Shown in pieces: positions 17,470 to 26,065 of a stretch of 64,000 bases of DNA (position 1 is its first letter; each line of letters opens with the position of its first letter). The notes under the pieces were generated by a model. The model was not told where the DNA came from and did not search any database. It saw only the letters and a list, made by a program, of their open reading frames with translations. The stretch spans positions 422,327 through 486,326 of the forward strand of contig CAYGOD010000002.1 in assembly GCA_964351525.1 (NCBI GenBank), written 5' to 3'. Origin of the DNA: an uncultured Bdellovibrionales bacterium. Lineage in GTDB: Bacteria; Pseudomonadota; Alphaproteobacteria; Micavibrionales; GCA-2720935. Position numbers and translations under genes: made by a program.

Positions 17470-18288
17470 TTAGAAGAGGTTCAAGACGGCCTGATCTGCC
17501 TGAGATGCTAATGACAATGATGTCACACCAAGCTGCTGTCTTGTCTGTAGGGCAAGCATATTTGCACCTTCTTCATTTTGGTCAGCCAAGGTTAACTTGT
17601 CTGATCCTTCTGTTAAGTTGTTAATTAATCGCTCTGTAAAGCTTTCACGATTTTGAATAACATTTAAGTTTGATCCAAAAACACGGGCTTGTTGACGTAG
17701 GCTGGCAAGGGCTGTATCAAGCTCTGCTAAGTTTGCGCCAATGGTCGCATTCGTAGAAAAGTCAGCGGCTGTTACAATACCAAGACCAGCAGAGTCAAAT
17801 GTTACGCCTGTTAATGTGATGGTACTGGTTGATGTTTCGTTAAACTCAACCAATAGATCATCACCATTAAGGAGGTTAATCCCGCGATAGCCCGTATCTT
17901 GAACAACTTCATTGATTTGTACGACAATTGCGGCATAATCTGCTTGTAAGGCAACAGCGGCTGTTGAGCCGGCGCCTTCGTCACGCGCTGTATTGGCAAT
18001 CGCTTCGGCTTGTTCAACCAAACTTGTTAAAAGAGTAATACCTTCGTCGGCATTCTTAATTGTTTGGATTGATTGTCCCATACCATCCAATAGACGGCTA
18101 AGGTCACCCGCACGGTTGTTCAGTGCTTGAGAGGCGAAAAATGCATTCGCATCATCGAGGGCTGAGTTAACTTTACGACCTGTTGATAGACGTATTTGTG
18201 TTCTATCTAGGAAGTCTCCTGTAGTTTGCAAGCTCAATAGGTTTGAGCGTAATGCGGCTGATAAAGCAATATCGTTGGCCATTTTCAT
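17470..18288 (-). CDS. Flagellin (copy 2)
   Basis: 272 aa. The termini are nearly identical to copy 1 and the central region has diverged. Confidence 0.95.
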   Translation of the reverse strand: MKMANDIALSAALRSNLLSLQTTGDFLDRTQIRLSTGRKVNSALDDANAFFASQALNNRAGDLSRLLDGMGQSIQTIKNADEGITLLTSLVEQAEAIANTARDEGAGSTAAVALQADYAAIVVQINEVVQDTGYRGINLLNGDDLLVEFNETSTSTITLTGVTFDSAGLGIVTAADFSTNATIGANLAELDTALASLRQQARVFGSNLNVIQNRESFTERLINNLTEGSDKLTLADQNEEGANMLALQTRQQLGVTSLSLASQADQAVLNLF

Positions 18289-18444
18289 GTCTCCTTAGTT
18301 ATATACAAGGGTTCGTTTTTCTCGAAAAATCCATTCTTTTCATTCTGAACCCGATGTTTGCTTTGTGGTGCTTTATTAAGAGAAGAAATGTCATGTCCTT
18401 TTGTCATTTCTTATGAACCTCTTCAGGGAAAGCGGGTTTACTTA

Positions 18445-20070
18445 TTATCTAAGCCTTAACAGTTCCTCTGTTAATTCATCGGCTGTGGTAATTATTTTAG
18501 TGGCAGCAGAGTAAGCGCGCTGCGTCACAATCATTTTGGTAAATTCATCGGCTAGATCGACGTTAGAGCCTTCTAAAGTACCACCTTGAATGAGGCCCGA
18601 ACCACCATCTCCAGGAATACGTAAGTTAAAGTCACCCGAGCGATCTGTTTGGCGATAGGCGTTACCTGTAACCTCATCAAGGCCATCGGCATTGGCAAAG
18701 GTTGCCAAAGGTAGCTGATAAATACGTGTTGACTGACCATTAGAGAAGTTGGCAACAAGGAAGCCTTCTTCATCGACAGATATTCCTGTTCTAAGTCCAA
18801 GCTCGGCACCATTTTGGTTTACGAATACAACGTTATATTCACCAGAAAACTGGGTGAAGTTTGTAACGCGGAAATCAATATCTTGGGGATCCGAACCATT
18901 ACCCCAGTTAATACCAGTTAGACCGACATCAACTTCGCCATCGGCACCAGGGGCGGCGTTAATTGTACCGTCACCGTCAAAGTTAATCGCACCAGAGCGC
19001 AAAACAGAACCATTGGGAGATAAAACCTCGGCTTCCCACCAGCCAAAGGGGTTCGCTTCATTTTCAAGAGGCGTTAATAATGTCGGTACAACAGGGGCTG
19101 CGATAGCGCCGGCTGCGACACCAAGGTCACCACCAGCAAGCGGTGTGCCCGTTACATCTGTTAATGTGATTGCATCACCAGGTGCATTTGCCGCAAAGGC
19201 TAGTTCACCAGCATCTGTCACATAAGCGATACCGCCAACAATAGAAGCGTTAATATTAGTTGCAACATCACTGATGTTATCGCCCGGATTGATTGTTACT
19301 GTAACGGCGGGGTTCGCACCAAATTGTACAGAGAACTGGTTACCAGCGGCAATATTCGGCAAGGTTGTTAAGTCTGTTGTGCCAGATAGATCAACGGTAC
19401 CTATCGTTTCTGCTGTTGGTGTACCGATCTTACGAAAATTGATCGTTAGATCTTGTGCCGCACCAAGTGAATCAAAGACACGAAGCCCACGAGAGAAATC
19501 AACATTCTCTGTTCCTGTTAAAGGATAAGCATTGTCAATTTCTGAGGCATCAAGGTTAATTGAAATCTCCGCCGTTGATGTTGGGCGTGTTAAACCACCC
19601 GCGAATGATACCTGTGCAGGCTCAAGCGATGAAATATCAGAGTTAGCAGATGGAATGTCTCCATTATCATCCAAAGGCCAGCCGTAAAGATAGAAGCCCG
19701 CCGAGTTTCTCAAGAAACCTTCTGAATCTTCGGTGAAAGAACCGGCGCGTGTGTAAAGGGGCTCTGTCTGATCGTCCGGCGTTGCACGAACAACATAGAA
19801 ACCATTACCAGATACAGATATATCAGTCGGTGAATTTGTTTGTGAGATATTTCCTTGCTCACTAATGCGATTTTTTTGAACCGCAAAAACTGATCCTGGG
19901 CTATAGGCTGTTGAGCCTGAGCTCTGTGTAACAACTGATTGGAAATCCGCATCAATACGCTTATACCCAACGGTTGAAACGTTTGCGATGTTATTTGATA
20001 ATGTTGCCAAAGACTGACTTTGTGCACCAAGGGCTGAAACCCCCGTAAATAGTGAACCGAATAAACTCAT
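18445..20070 (-). CDS. flgE: FlgE, flagellar hook protein
   Basis: 541 aa. The N-terminus is MSLFGSLFTGVSALGAQSQSLATLSNNIANVSTVGYK and the C-terminus is …VDLADEFTKMIVTQRAYSAATKIITTADELTEELLRL. Confidence 0.95.
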   Translation of the reverse strand: MSLFGSLFTGVSALGAQSQSLATLSNNIANVSTVGYKRIDADFQSVVTQSSGSTAYSPGSVFAVQKNRISEQGNISQTNSPTDISVSGNGFYVVRATPDDQTEPLYTRAGSFTEDSEGFLRNSAGFYLYGWPLDDNGDIPSANSDISSLEPAQVSFAGGLTRPTSTAEISINLDASEIDNAYPLTGTENVDFSRGLRVFDSLGAAQDLTINFRKIGTPTAETIGTVDLSGTTDLTTLPNIAAGNQFSVQFGANPAVTVTINPGDNISDVATNINASIVGGIAYVTDAGELAFAANAPGDAITLTDVTGTPLAGGDLGVAAGAIAAPVVPTLLTPLENEANPFGWWEAEVLSPNGSVLRSGAINFDGDGTINAAPGADGEVDVGLTGINWGNGSDPQDIDFRVTNFTQFSGEYNVVFVNQNGAELGLRTGISVDEEGFLVANFSNGQSTRIYQLPLATFANADGLDEVTGNAYRQTDRSGDFNLRIPGDGGSGLIQGGTLEGSNVDLADEFTKMIVTQRAYSAATKIITTADELTEELLRLR

Positions 20071-20107
20071 AATGTGTCTCCTTTCAAGGACTTGTTATTA
20101 TTAATTC

Positions 20108-20818
20108 TTATAAAGTTGGTGGCGTTGATGCCGATAAAATATTGTTAAAGGATACGAATTGATTGCCAGCGGTTAGCATCAGTTGGCCATCAACTGTCTC
20201 CACGCCGTCAACCAAGACAGTTACGTTTGTTTGTGCGTCTTCGATAATCTCACCTTCACCATCCAATGGCTCAAGTGCGATACGATAATTGCCAGCTGGT
20301 AGAGGATTACCCGAACCATCGGTGCCGTCCCAAACAATTTTGTTCTTACCGCCATCAATTGTACCGCGGCCCTCAAACAGAGGCTGGTTGTCTTCATCCA
20401 AGATCGTGTAATTAACAGCCGAAGCACCACCAGCAGGCAGGTCATAACTGAACTCATAGGGAACGCCTTCTGCGTGATCAAAGAACTGTCCTGGAATTTC
20501 AACATTCATGCCGATATAGCCAAGGGCGATTGATGTCAAAGATAGGTCTTGTAGTGTCACAAGCTCTTCTAGGCGCTCATTTGATTTAATTTGCTGCTCA
20601 ACCTGAGAAAACTGAACCAGTTGGTTCGTAAATTCAGATGAATCATCTGGATCTAATGGATCTTGGTTTTGCAATTGTGTTGTTAGCAAAAGCAAGAAGT
20701 CATCAAAATCACTGGCAAGTCCCTGCTCATCAGTTTCGGCCTCGGTTAGTGACTCAGCAACAGCACTAGCCGTTGTTTGTGTAGGGAAACTATTAAGACC
20801 ACTTAAAATATCTGCCAT
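20108..20818 (-). CDS. flgD: FlgD, hook capping/assembly protein
   Basis: FLLLLTTQLQNQDPLDPDDSSEFTNQLVQFSQVEQ motif plus a FlgD Ig-like C-terminal domain. Confidence 0.9.
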   Translation of the reverse strand: MADILSGLNSFPTQTTASAVAESLTEAETDEQGLASDFDDFLLLLTTQLQNQDPLDPDDSSEFTNQLVQFSQVEQQIKSNERLEELVTLQDLSLTSIALGYIGMNVEIPGQFFDHAEGVPYEFSYDLPAGGASAVNYTILDEDNQPLFEGRGTIDGGKNKIVWDGTDGSGNPLPAGNYRIALEPLDGEGEIIEDAQTNVTVLVDGVETVDGQLMLTAGNQFVSFNNILSASTPPTL

Positions 20819-20847
20819 GTTATTAATCCTTTATTTTTTAATCTTGT

Positions 20848-22284
20848 TTAAACAACGATGTTGACTTGGGTTGCGCTTAGAACGCCGAGAGAGGATGTTT
20901 GCATCTGGATCTCTTGTGTTTCAACCGCACTTGTCATGACTTCATCATCAAGTGAGAAATCATCACTGTTATTCTTGTTCTTATCTGTCTCGCGGCCTTC
21001 ATCATTTTGTTGACGCAAATCAAAGGCCAAGCCATCTTCTGCTGTCTCTAAGCCAGCTTCTTCTAATAGGGCTTGGATCGATGAAGAATCTTGCTTCAAT
21101 AGTTCTAATGTTTCGGGGCGTTCTGCACGGATAACCGCTTTAACGCGTCCGTCTTCGGCAATATCAAATTCAATATCAACCTTACCAAGGCTTGCAGGGT
21201 CTAGTTGAAGGGAGATTTTCTCTAATTTGCCCTCTACGCCTTTTTGTAACTGCATCATCACTTGTTCGCTTGGTGCACTTGTATAGCCAGGTGCTTTAGC
21301 TTGCGTGATATGACTTGCAAAACTTTGCGCAGCGGTTGGTGTACCGCTTGCGGTGGCGCGACTGGCGGCCAAGTCTTTAGTCATGAATAATGTTTCTGCG
21401 TCACTGTCATTAAAGCCTTGACCAAAATCACCGCCATTACTCATCTCAAATCCGTCAATGCTGATACCATCAGCGCTTGAAATCATTGCTAAGTCAGTGC
21501 CAGATAAGCTGTTCTGTGTTGTGTTCGCGTTATTTTGTGCAACATTCGCGACAAGAGATGCGGCGTTATTCATGCCCGTATCTGTGCCGCCAAATAATTG
21601 TGCTGTGATAAGGCTGTTACTGTTCTGGTTCGAGCTTGTTGTCGCACCTTGGATAGAACTGCGCCATTCATATATATCGACAGCATTTTCTAAAATAGGG
21701 GTTTCACCATTAACTAACTGTGAAAAAACATTATTTACAGTGTTTGCATTTGTCGGTGTTTGTGCTGTTTCGCCAGTATTTTTAATACCGTCTTTTACAA
21801 GGGCATTTTGTGCTGCATTAATAACGGGCTGTGAGGCTGTTGTTTTTGCATCAATCGGTGTAACAGTTATAAGGCTTGCATCGGTATTTGTTGTTGGTGT
21901 CACTAAGGGGCTAACGATCCCCGTATTTTGATTGATGGCTTCTTGTGCGATAACAAGACCGGCTTGAATTCCTGTTTGCGACAACGCATTATTTTGTGCA
22001 TTATTTTGTTGTGTCGTTGGCGCTTCAATAGATGTGCCCAATGACGCAGAGCTATTTGTCGTTGTTTGTGCGCCAGGCTCAATTTGTGACAACATCAAGG
22101 CTAAGAAATCTGTTGTTTCAACGGTAGAAAGATCTTGAGTGTCCTCTTTATTATCAACGTCATCTTTTTCAGACACATCATCATTCTTATAGTCAGCACG
22201 CTTATATGACTTATCATCATCAAAGCTAGGCTTTTGAGGAATTGATTGTCTGGCGTTAACAAATGCAAATGTTGCGTCGGTCAT
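20848..22284 (-). CDS. fliK: FliK, hook-length control protein
   Basis: 478 aa with a low-complexity N/Q/T-rich centre. The C-terminal Flg_hook-type domain reads LQLDPASLGKVDIEFDIAEDGRVKAVIRAERPETLELLKQD. It lies upstream of flgD-flgE. Confidence 0.8.
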   Translation of the reverse strand: MTDATFAFVNARQSIPQKPSFDDDKSYKRADYKNDDVSEKDDVDNKEDTQDLSTVETTDFLALMLSQIEPGAQTTTNSSASLGTSIEAPTTQQNNAQNNALSQTGIQAGLVIAQEAINQNTGIVSPLVTPTTNTDASLITVTPIDAKTTASQPVINAAQNALVKDGIKNTGETAQTPTNANTVNNVFSQLVNGETPILENAVDIYEWRSSIQGATTSSNQNSNSLITAQLFGGTDTGMNNAASLVANVAQNNANTTQNSLSGTDLAMISSADGISIDGFEMSNGGDFGQGFNDSDAETLFMTKDLAASRATASGTPTAAQSFASHITQAKAPGYTSAPSEQVMMQLQKGVEGKLEKISLQLDPASLGKVDIEFDIAEDGRVKAVIRAERPETLELLKQDSSSIQALLEEAGLETAEDGLAFDLRQQNDEGRETDKNKNNSDDFSLDDEVMTSAVETQEIQMQTSSLGVLSATQVNIVV

Positions 22285-22360
22285 TGTTTTTCTTTCTCTT
22301 CAATCTCTTTTGTCATTTTTACCCAGTTGGCTGTGATGACTTTTGTTCTGCTATAAGCAA

Positions 22361-22376
22361 TGCACAGCCCGTGCCA
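22361..22376 (-). promoter_or_regulatory. Sigma-54 promoter for fliK-flgD-flgE
   Basis: The minus strand reads TGGCACGGGCTGTGCA, with GG and GC 12 nt apart. It differs from TGGCACG-N4-TTGCW at one position and lies about 77 bp upstream of the fliK ATG. Confidence 0.7.
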
Positions 22377-22474
22377 ATTTTTAAACCATTGATATATAAT
22401 AATTTTTATTGATTTTTCGCACATATTATACGAATGGTGCTATGCGTTTTTGGTCATAGGTAGCTTTATCGTTA

Positions 22475-22487
22475 GGCAGTTTTTACC
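22475..22487. promoter_or_regulatory. Dyad GGCAGTTTTTACC (GGCA-N5-TACC), candidate enhancer for the fliK sigma-54 promoter
   Basis: It lies about 100-110 bp upstream of the -24 element at 22376 and has one mismatch to GGCA-N5-TGCC. Confidence 0.3.
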
Positions 22488-22515
22488 CTGTGAATAAGGG
22501 TATGACACTATCATG

Positions 22516-22541
22516 CAAAAACACCGCCTTATAAGCGGTGT
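22516..22541 (-). terminator. Rho-independent terminator after the 180-aa ORF
   Basis: The minus strand reads ACACCGC-ttataag-GCGGTGT followed by TTTTT. Confidence 0.6.
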
Positions 22542-22573
22542 CTGTTGATGGAAGGAGGATCAAAATAGGGCTT

Positions 22574-23116
22574 TTATAATGTCTCATTGTAAGACAAATA
22601 AACGGCTTTTTTCTGTTGTTGCATTGCCGTGCCATAGGGCGAGTAATTAATACTATTTTCGGCCATATGATTTTTGGCAATACCAATGATACGGCTTGAT
22701 AAGCGTTTCGATAGCACCGCTGCTTTTTCTAGGGCGAGTTTATTTTCTTGAATGGCGGAGCGGAATAGGGCGCGTTCTTTTTCAAAGATGTCTTTTGCGG
22801 CTTGGGGCACTGTCTTTAATAATGCGCCTTGTGTACCAATTATTTCAATTGCATCGGCGTAATCATTGGCCGCCTGTTTTTTGGCGTCGTGTAATTGACC
22901 TGCTTGACGATAATCAAATTCATTAAGCGCTTTGGTTTCTTGTGTTATCACATCACGGAAATGTTGTGTGGCTTTCAATGTGGCCTGCATCATTTCTTTG
23001 AGTGTCATAGGACGCGGCCTTACTAATGTTTGTGAATCGACGGCGTTTTCATCATCATGTATTTTTGATGATTCTGCTTCTGGCGTTTTACCGGGATATC
23101 TTGTTTTTATAATCAT
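22574..23116 (-). CDS. Hypothetical flagellar-cluster protein, possibly a FlgN-like chaperone
   Basis: 180 aa and helical. Its start is 2 nt after the flgJ-like stop, which suggests translational coupling. The FlgN assignment is a weak impression only. Confidence 0.3.
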   Translation of the reverse strand: MIIKTRYPGKTPEAESSKIHDDENAVDSQTLVRPRPMTLKEMMQATLKATQHFRDVITQETKALNEFDYRQAGQLHDAKKQAANDYADAIEIIGTQGALLKTVPQAAKDIFEKERALFRSAIQENKLALEKAAVLSKRLSSRIIGIAKNHMAENSINYSPYGTAMQQQKKAVYLSYNETL

Positions 23117-23118
23117 GA

Positions 23119-23460
23119 TTATTCAGCTTCTTGCATTTTTAAAATCTGTGTATAAATAGAATCGCTAAGGCCAATTCCACCGGCCTTTGCCAAACCTTTA
23201 CCGTATTCATCAACCATCATCTCGCGGAAAATTTTTTCACTATTACCACCGCCAAAATAACCATCTGTTGGTAGATCATTGAACATATGGGCAACCATCT
23301 GAGAGATAAAAAGACCTTCTAGCTCTTCTGCCGCAGCAGCGGCTTCTTCTCGGTTTTTCCCTTGAAAGCGTGATTGTAAGTCACCAAGATCATTTATGGC
23401 GGATTGTTTTTGTGATTGCGCTTGTGCATTACCAATAATATTTGAAACATCGATATCCAT
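23119..23460 (-). CDS. flgJ: Rod-binding protein (FlgJ N-terminal domain only; no glycosidase domain)
   Basis: 113 aa. AAEELEGLFISQMVAHMF matches the rod-binding-domain motif. It lies directly downstream of flgI. Confidence 0.8.
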   Translation of the reverse strand: MDIDVSNIIGNAQAQSQKQSAINDLGDLQSRFQGKNREEAAAAAEELEGLFISQMVAHMFNDLPTDGYFGGGNSEKIFREMMVDEYGKGLAKAGGIGLSDSIYTQILKMQEAE

Positions 23461-23499
23461 TTTGATCTCCTTTCATCGCTTTAAGTGTAAGTTAGTTTT

Positions 23500-24723
23500 T
23501 TATAAAAGTTGTATCTCTGCCTGAAGAGCTCCAGCCGCTTTGATTGATTGTAAAATACTAATCATATCGCGTGGTCCAACACCAAGGGCGTTCAGGGATT
23601 CAACCAGTTCTTGTAGGGTTACGCCAGCGCTTAAAACGGCCAGTTTCTCGGCGCTATCGCTGTCAACGCCAACGGCGGTACGATTAACAACCTCTGTTGT
23701 GCCGCCTTGTGCAAATGGCTGTGGTTGTGAAACAAGCGGTGTTTCTGTTACGCGAATTGTTAAGTTTCCTTGCGCGATCGCAACGGTACTGATTGTTACA
23801 TTCTGTCCCATCACGATAATGCCTGATGTTTCATCAATAACGACACGCGCCACTTGATCAGGGCGAATTTTTAGCTGTTCTATATCTGTAATAATATTAA
23901 AGACACTACCCTCCATGTCTGGACTACGCATCAGAACAATATTTGATGGGCTTTCGGCGCGCGCTGCTGGGAATTGTAAGAAGTCGTTAATAGCCTTTTC
24001 AACGCGGCGGGCCGTTGTAAAATCTGGATTACGCAGGGTGATATTAACGGTTTTGAGTGTTTCTAGGTCAAAATCAATCTCACGTTCGATGATACCACCA
24101 TTGGATAGGCGTGCCTGTGTTGGAATATTTTGTGTGACCGTATCGGCCTCACCGCCCGCTGTAAAGCCAGAGGCAACAATAGAGCCTTGTGCTACGGCAT
24201 AAACTTCGCCGTCTGCACCAATAAGGGGTGTAGCTAATAATGTACCGCCTTGTAAGCTCTCTGAATCACCCATTGCTGATACTTGTACATCAATGGTTGT
24301 ACCATGCTTAGCAAAAGGGGGTAATTTGGCTGTAACCATAACGGCGGCGACAGTATTTGTATTAATATTCTGTGTACCGATATTAACGCCTAAACGTTCT
24401 AACATCGCAACCAAGCTTTGTTGTGTAAAGGGGGTGTTGGCCAATGTATCACCCGTACCGTTCAAACCAACGATTAAACCATAGCCCACCAGAACGTTAT
24501 CACGCACACCTTCGAATTGGACGATGTCTTTAATGCGGACTTGATTGGCGTCTGCTTGTGAACCAATGGTTGGGATCATCAATATGAATGCCATTATCGT
24601 TAAGATAGCAAGCGTCATAAGGCGAGACTGTCTGTTTTTAACTGGTATTTCTATCGTATGGTCTATGTTCTGTTGGTTATTCAGCATTATATTTTCACCT
24701 TTTTTATCAAACTTCGTGTTCAT
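23500..24723 (-). CDS. flgI: FlgI, P-ring protein (true start may be the ATG at 24687)
   Basis: 407 aa with a signal peptide …LTIMAFILMIPTIGSQADA, then RIKDIVQFEGVRDNVLVGYGLIVGLNGTGD. Confidence 0.95.
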   Translation of the reverse strand: MNTKFDKKGENIMLNNQQNIDHTIEIPVKNRQSRLMTLAILTIMAFILMIPTIGSQADANQVRIKDIVQFEGVRDNVLVGYGLIVGLNGTGDTLANTPFTQQSLVAMLERLGVNIGTQNINTNTVAAVMVTAKLPPFAKHGTTIDVQVSAMGDSESLQGGTLLATPLIGADGEVYAVAQGSIVASGFTAGGEADTVTQNIPTQARLSNGGIIEREIDFDLETLKTVNITLRNPDFTTARRVEKAINDFLQFPAARAESPSNIVLMRSPDMEGSVFNIITDIEQLKIRPDQVARVVIDETSGIIVMGQNVTISTVAIAQGNLTIRVTETPLVSQPQPFAQGGTTEVVNRTAVGVDSDSAEKLAVLSAGVTLQELVESLNALGVGPRDMISILQSIKAAGALQAEIQLL

Positions 24724-24767
24724 TTTTGCCTTTAGTATTAAAAATTCTTTTCTCTGTAAAACACCGT

Positions 24768-24783
24768 TTCAAGAGTTGTGCCA
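24768..24783 (-). promoter_or_regulatory. Sigma-54-like promoter for flgI unit (weaker -12)
   Basis: The minus strand reads TGGCACAACTCTTGAA. The spacing is correct, but the -12 element is TTGA rather than TTGC. Confidence 0.45.
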
Positions 24784-24855
24784 AAAAATTATTACTTAAG
24801 GTGTTGTTATATAACAATAAAGATATTTAGGTGGTTTTTGGTTGTTTGCGATGCG

Positions 24856-24868
24856 GGCAAAATTTACC
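24856..24868. promoter_or_regulatory. Dyad GGCAAAATTTACC (GGCA-N5-TACC) between flgI and fliX
   Basis: It lies about 75-85 bp upstream of the flgI -24 element and about 95 bp upstream of the fliX ATG. Confidence 0.3.
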
Positions 24869-24960
24869 GACTAGCAATCTCTCATAAAATCGCGTTATAG
24901 TTTCAATAAGAATAGTTATGCGTATAAAATAAAAAACGTATTTATAATAAGAAGAGCATC

Positions 24961-25404
24961 ATGGACGTTAAAGGCCCTACCGGTCCCAGTAAGACTGGAA
25001 AAACAGATAAGAGCAAGAAGAGCAAAGGCAGCAGCAGCGCAGCCGGCGCATTTGCGTCTTTTTTGGATGGTGCGGATGAAAGCAGTAGCAATGCAGGCAC
25101 ATCATCGCTGCAAGCTACTGCACCCCTAGATGCTATTTTGGCCATGCAGGGGATTGACCCAGATGAGGCACGTAAAGCCCGTGGGCAAGAAGTGCGCCGC
25201 GGTTTTGATTTGCTGGAGTCCTTAGATGATATTCGTATTGGGTTGTTAACGGGAACGATTTCTGGTGCAAATTTAACGCGTTTACAAGACCTTATCGAAA
25301 CACAGCGCGCCCAAATAGATGATCCGAAACTCCTTGAGATTATGGATGATATTGATTTACGCGCCGCCATTGAGCTAGCGAAATTTCAGCGTGATAACGC
25401 ATAA
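24961..25404 (+). CDS. fliX: FliX, class II flagellar assembly regulator (FlbD partner)
   Basis: 147 aa, transcribed divergently from flgI as in Caulobacter. It has a basic, low-complexity N-terminus and a conserved C-terminus …LDDIRIGLLTGTISGANLTRLQDLI…. Confidence 0.85.
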   Translation: MDVKGPTGPSKTGKTDKSKKSKGSSSAAGAFASFLDGADESSSNAGTSSLQATAPLDAILAMQGIDPDEARKARGQEVRRGFDLLESLDDIRIGLLTGTISGANLTRLQDLIETQRAQIDDPKLLEIMDDIDLRAAIELAKFQRDNA

Positions 25405-25554
25405 TTTATAAAGAGTGACAATTCATAATTTATATATGCGTTAGATATTCTAAAAAACAGATCGCTTTATTTATTCCTTTTTTAATTGCCTTTTAACTTT
25501 GTAAGTCTATAATTTTACATTATTATTTTGATAATCTATTAGAGGAGATATCGC

Positions 25555-25989
25555 ATGACAAATTCAGTCGCAAATTCAGTCAATGTTTCACCCGATTACA
25601 AACCGACCACCGACGAAGATTTTATGAATCCAACGATGTTGGAATATTTTCGTTTAAAGCTGATTGCGTGGCGTGATGAATTACTACAAGAATCCTCTGA
25701 TACGATTAAGGAACTTCAGCAAGAGAATCTGCAAAAGCCAGACTTAACAGACCGTGCTTCTGCGGAAACGGATCATGCCCTTGAACTGCGTACGCGTGAT
25801 CGCGAGCGTAAATTAATCTCTAAAATTAACAAAGCACTGCGTAAAGTTGAAAGTGGCGACTATGGTTTTTGTGAAGAAACAGACGAACCAATCGCCGTCG
25901 CACGTTTGGATGCCCGCCCGATTGCACAATACACAATCGAAGCCCAAGAGCGCCACGAACGTAAAGAAAAAGTATCTCGTGACGAGTAA
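25555..25989 (+). CDS. dksA: DksA-family RNA polymerase-binding factor (only 1 of 4 zinc-finger Cys)
   Basis: The coiled-coil tip is DLTDRASAETDHALELRTRDRERKLI. The C-terminus is YGFCEETDEPIAVARLDARPIAQYTIEAQERHE, compared with E. coli CxxC…CxxC. Confidence 0.9.
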   Translation: MTNSVANSVNVSPDYKPTTDEDFMNPTMLEYFRLKLIAWRDELLQESSDTIKELQQENLQKPDLTDRASAETDHALELRTRDRERKLISKINKALRKVESGDYGFCEETDEPIAVARLDARPIAQYTIEAQERHERKEKVSRDE

Positions 25990-26065
25990 TTAAATAATTA
26001 TAATTAAAAATTCAAAACTGCCACTCATTCACGTGATTGGCGGTTTTTTTTTATAGACTTAAGGT

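Noticed and set aside
24796-24810. CtrA-box-like TTAA-N7-TTAT upstream of fliX. Also TTAA-N8-TTAA near 10851, TTAA-N6-TTAA near 46265 and TTAA-N5-TTAA near 42635.
   Set aside because: None matches TTAA-N7-TTAA exactly. TTAA is very frequent in these AT-rich spacers, so chance cannot be excluded. I did not call any CtrA site.
24942-25370. 142-aa ORF antisense to fliX. Similar long antisense ORFs occur at 3296-3736, 18749-19225, 21458-21931, 45880-46329 and 62801-63265.
   Set aside because: All lie entirely within well-supported genes on the opposite strand and have low-complexity, shadow-frame composition. I treat them as non-coding shadow ORFs.
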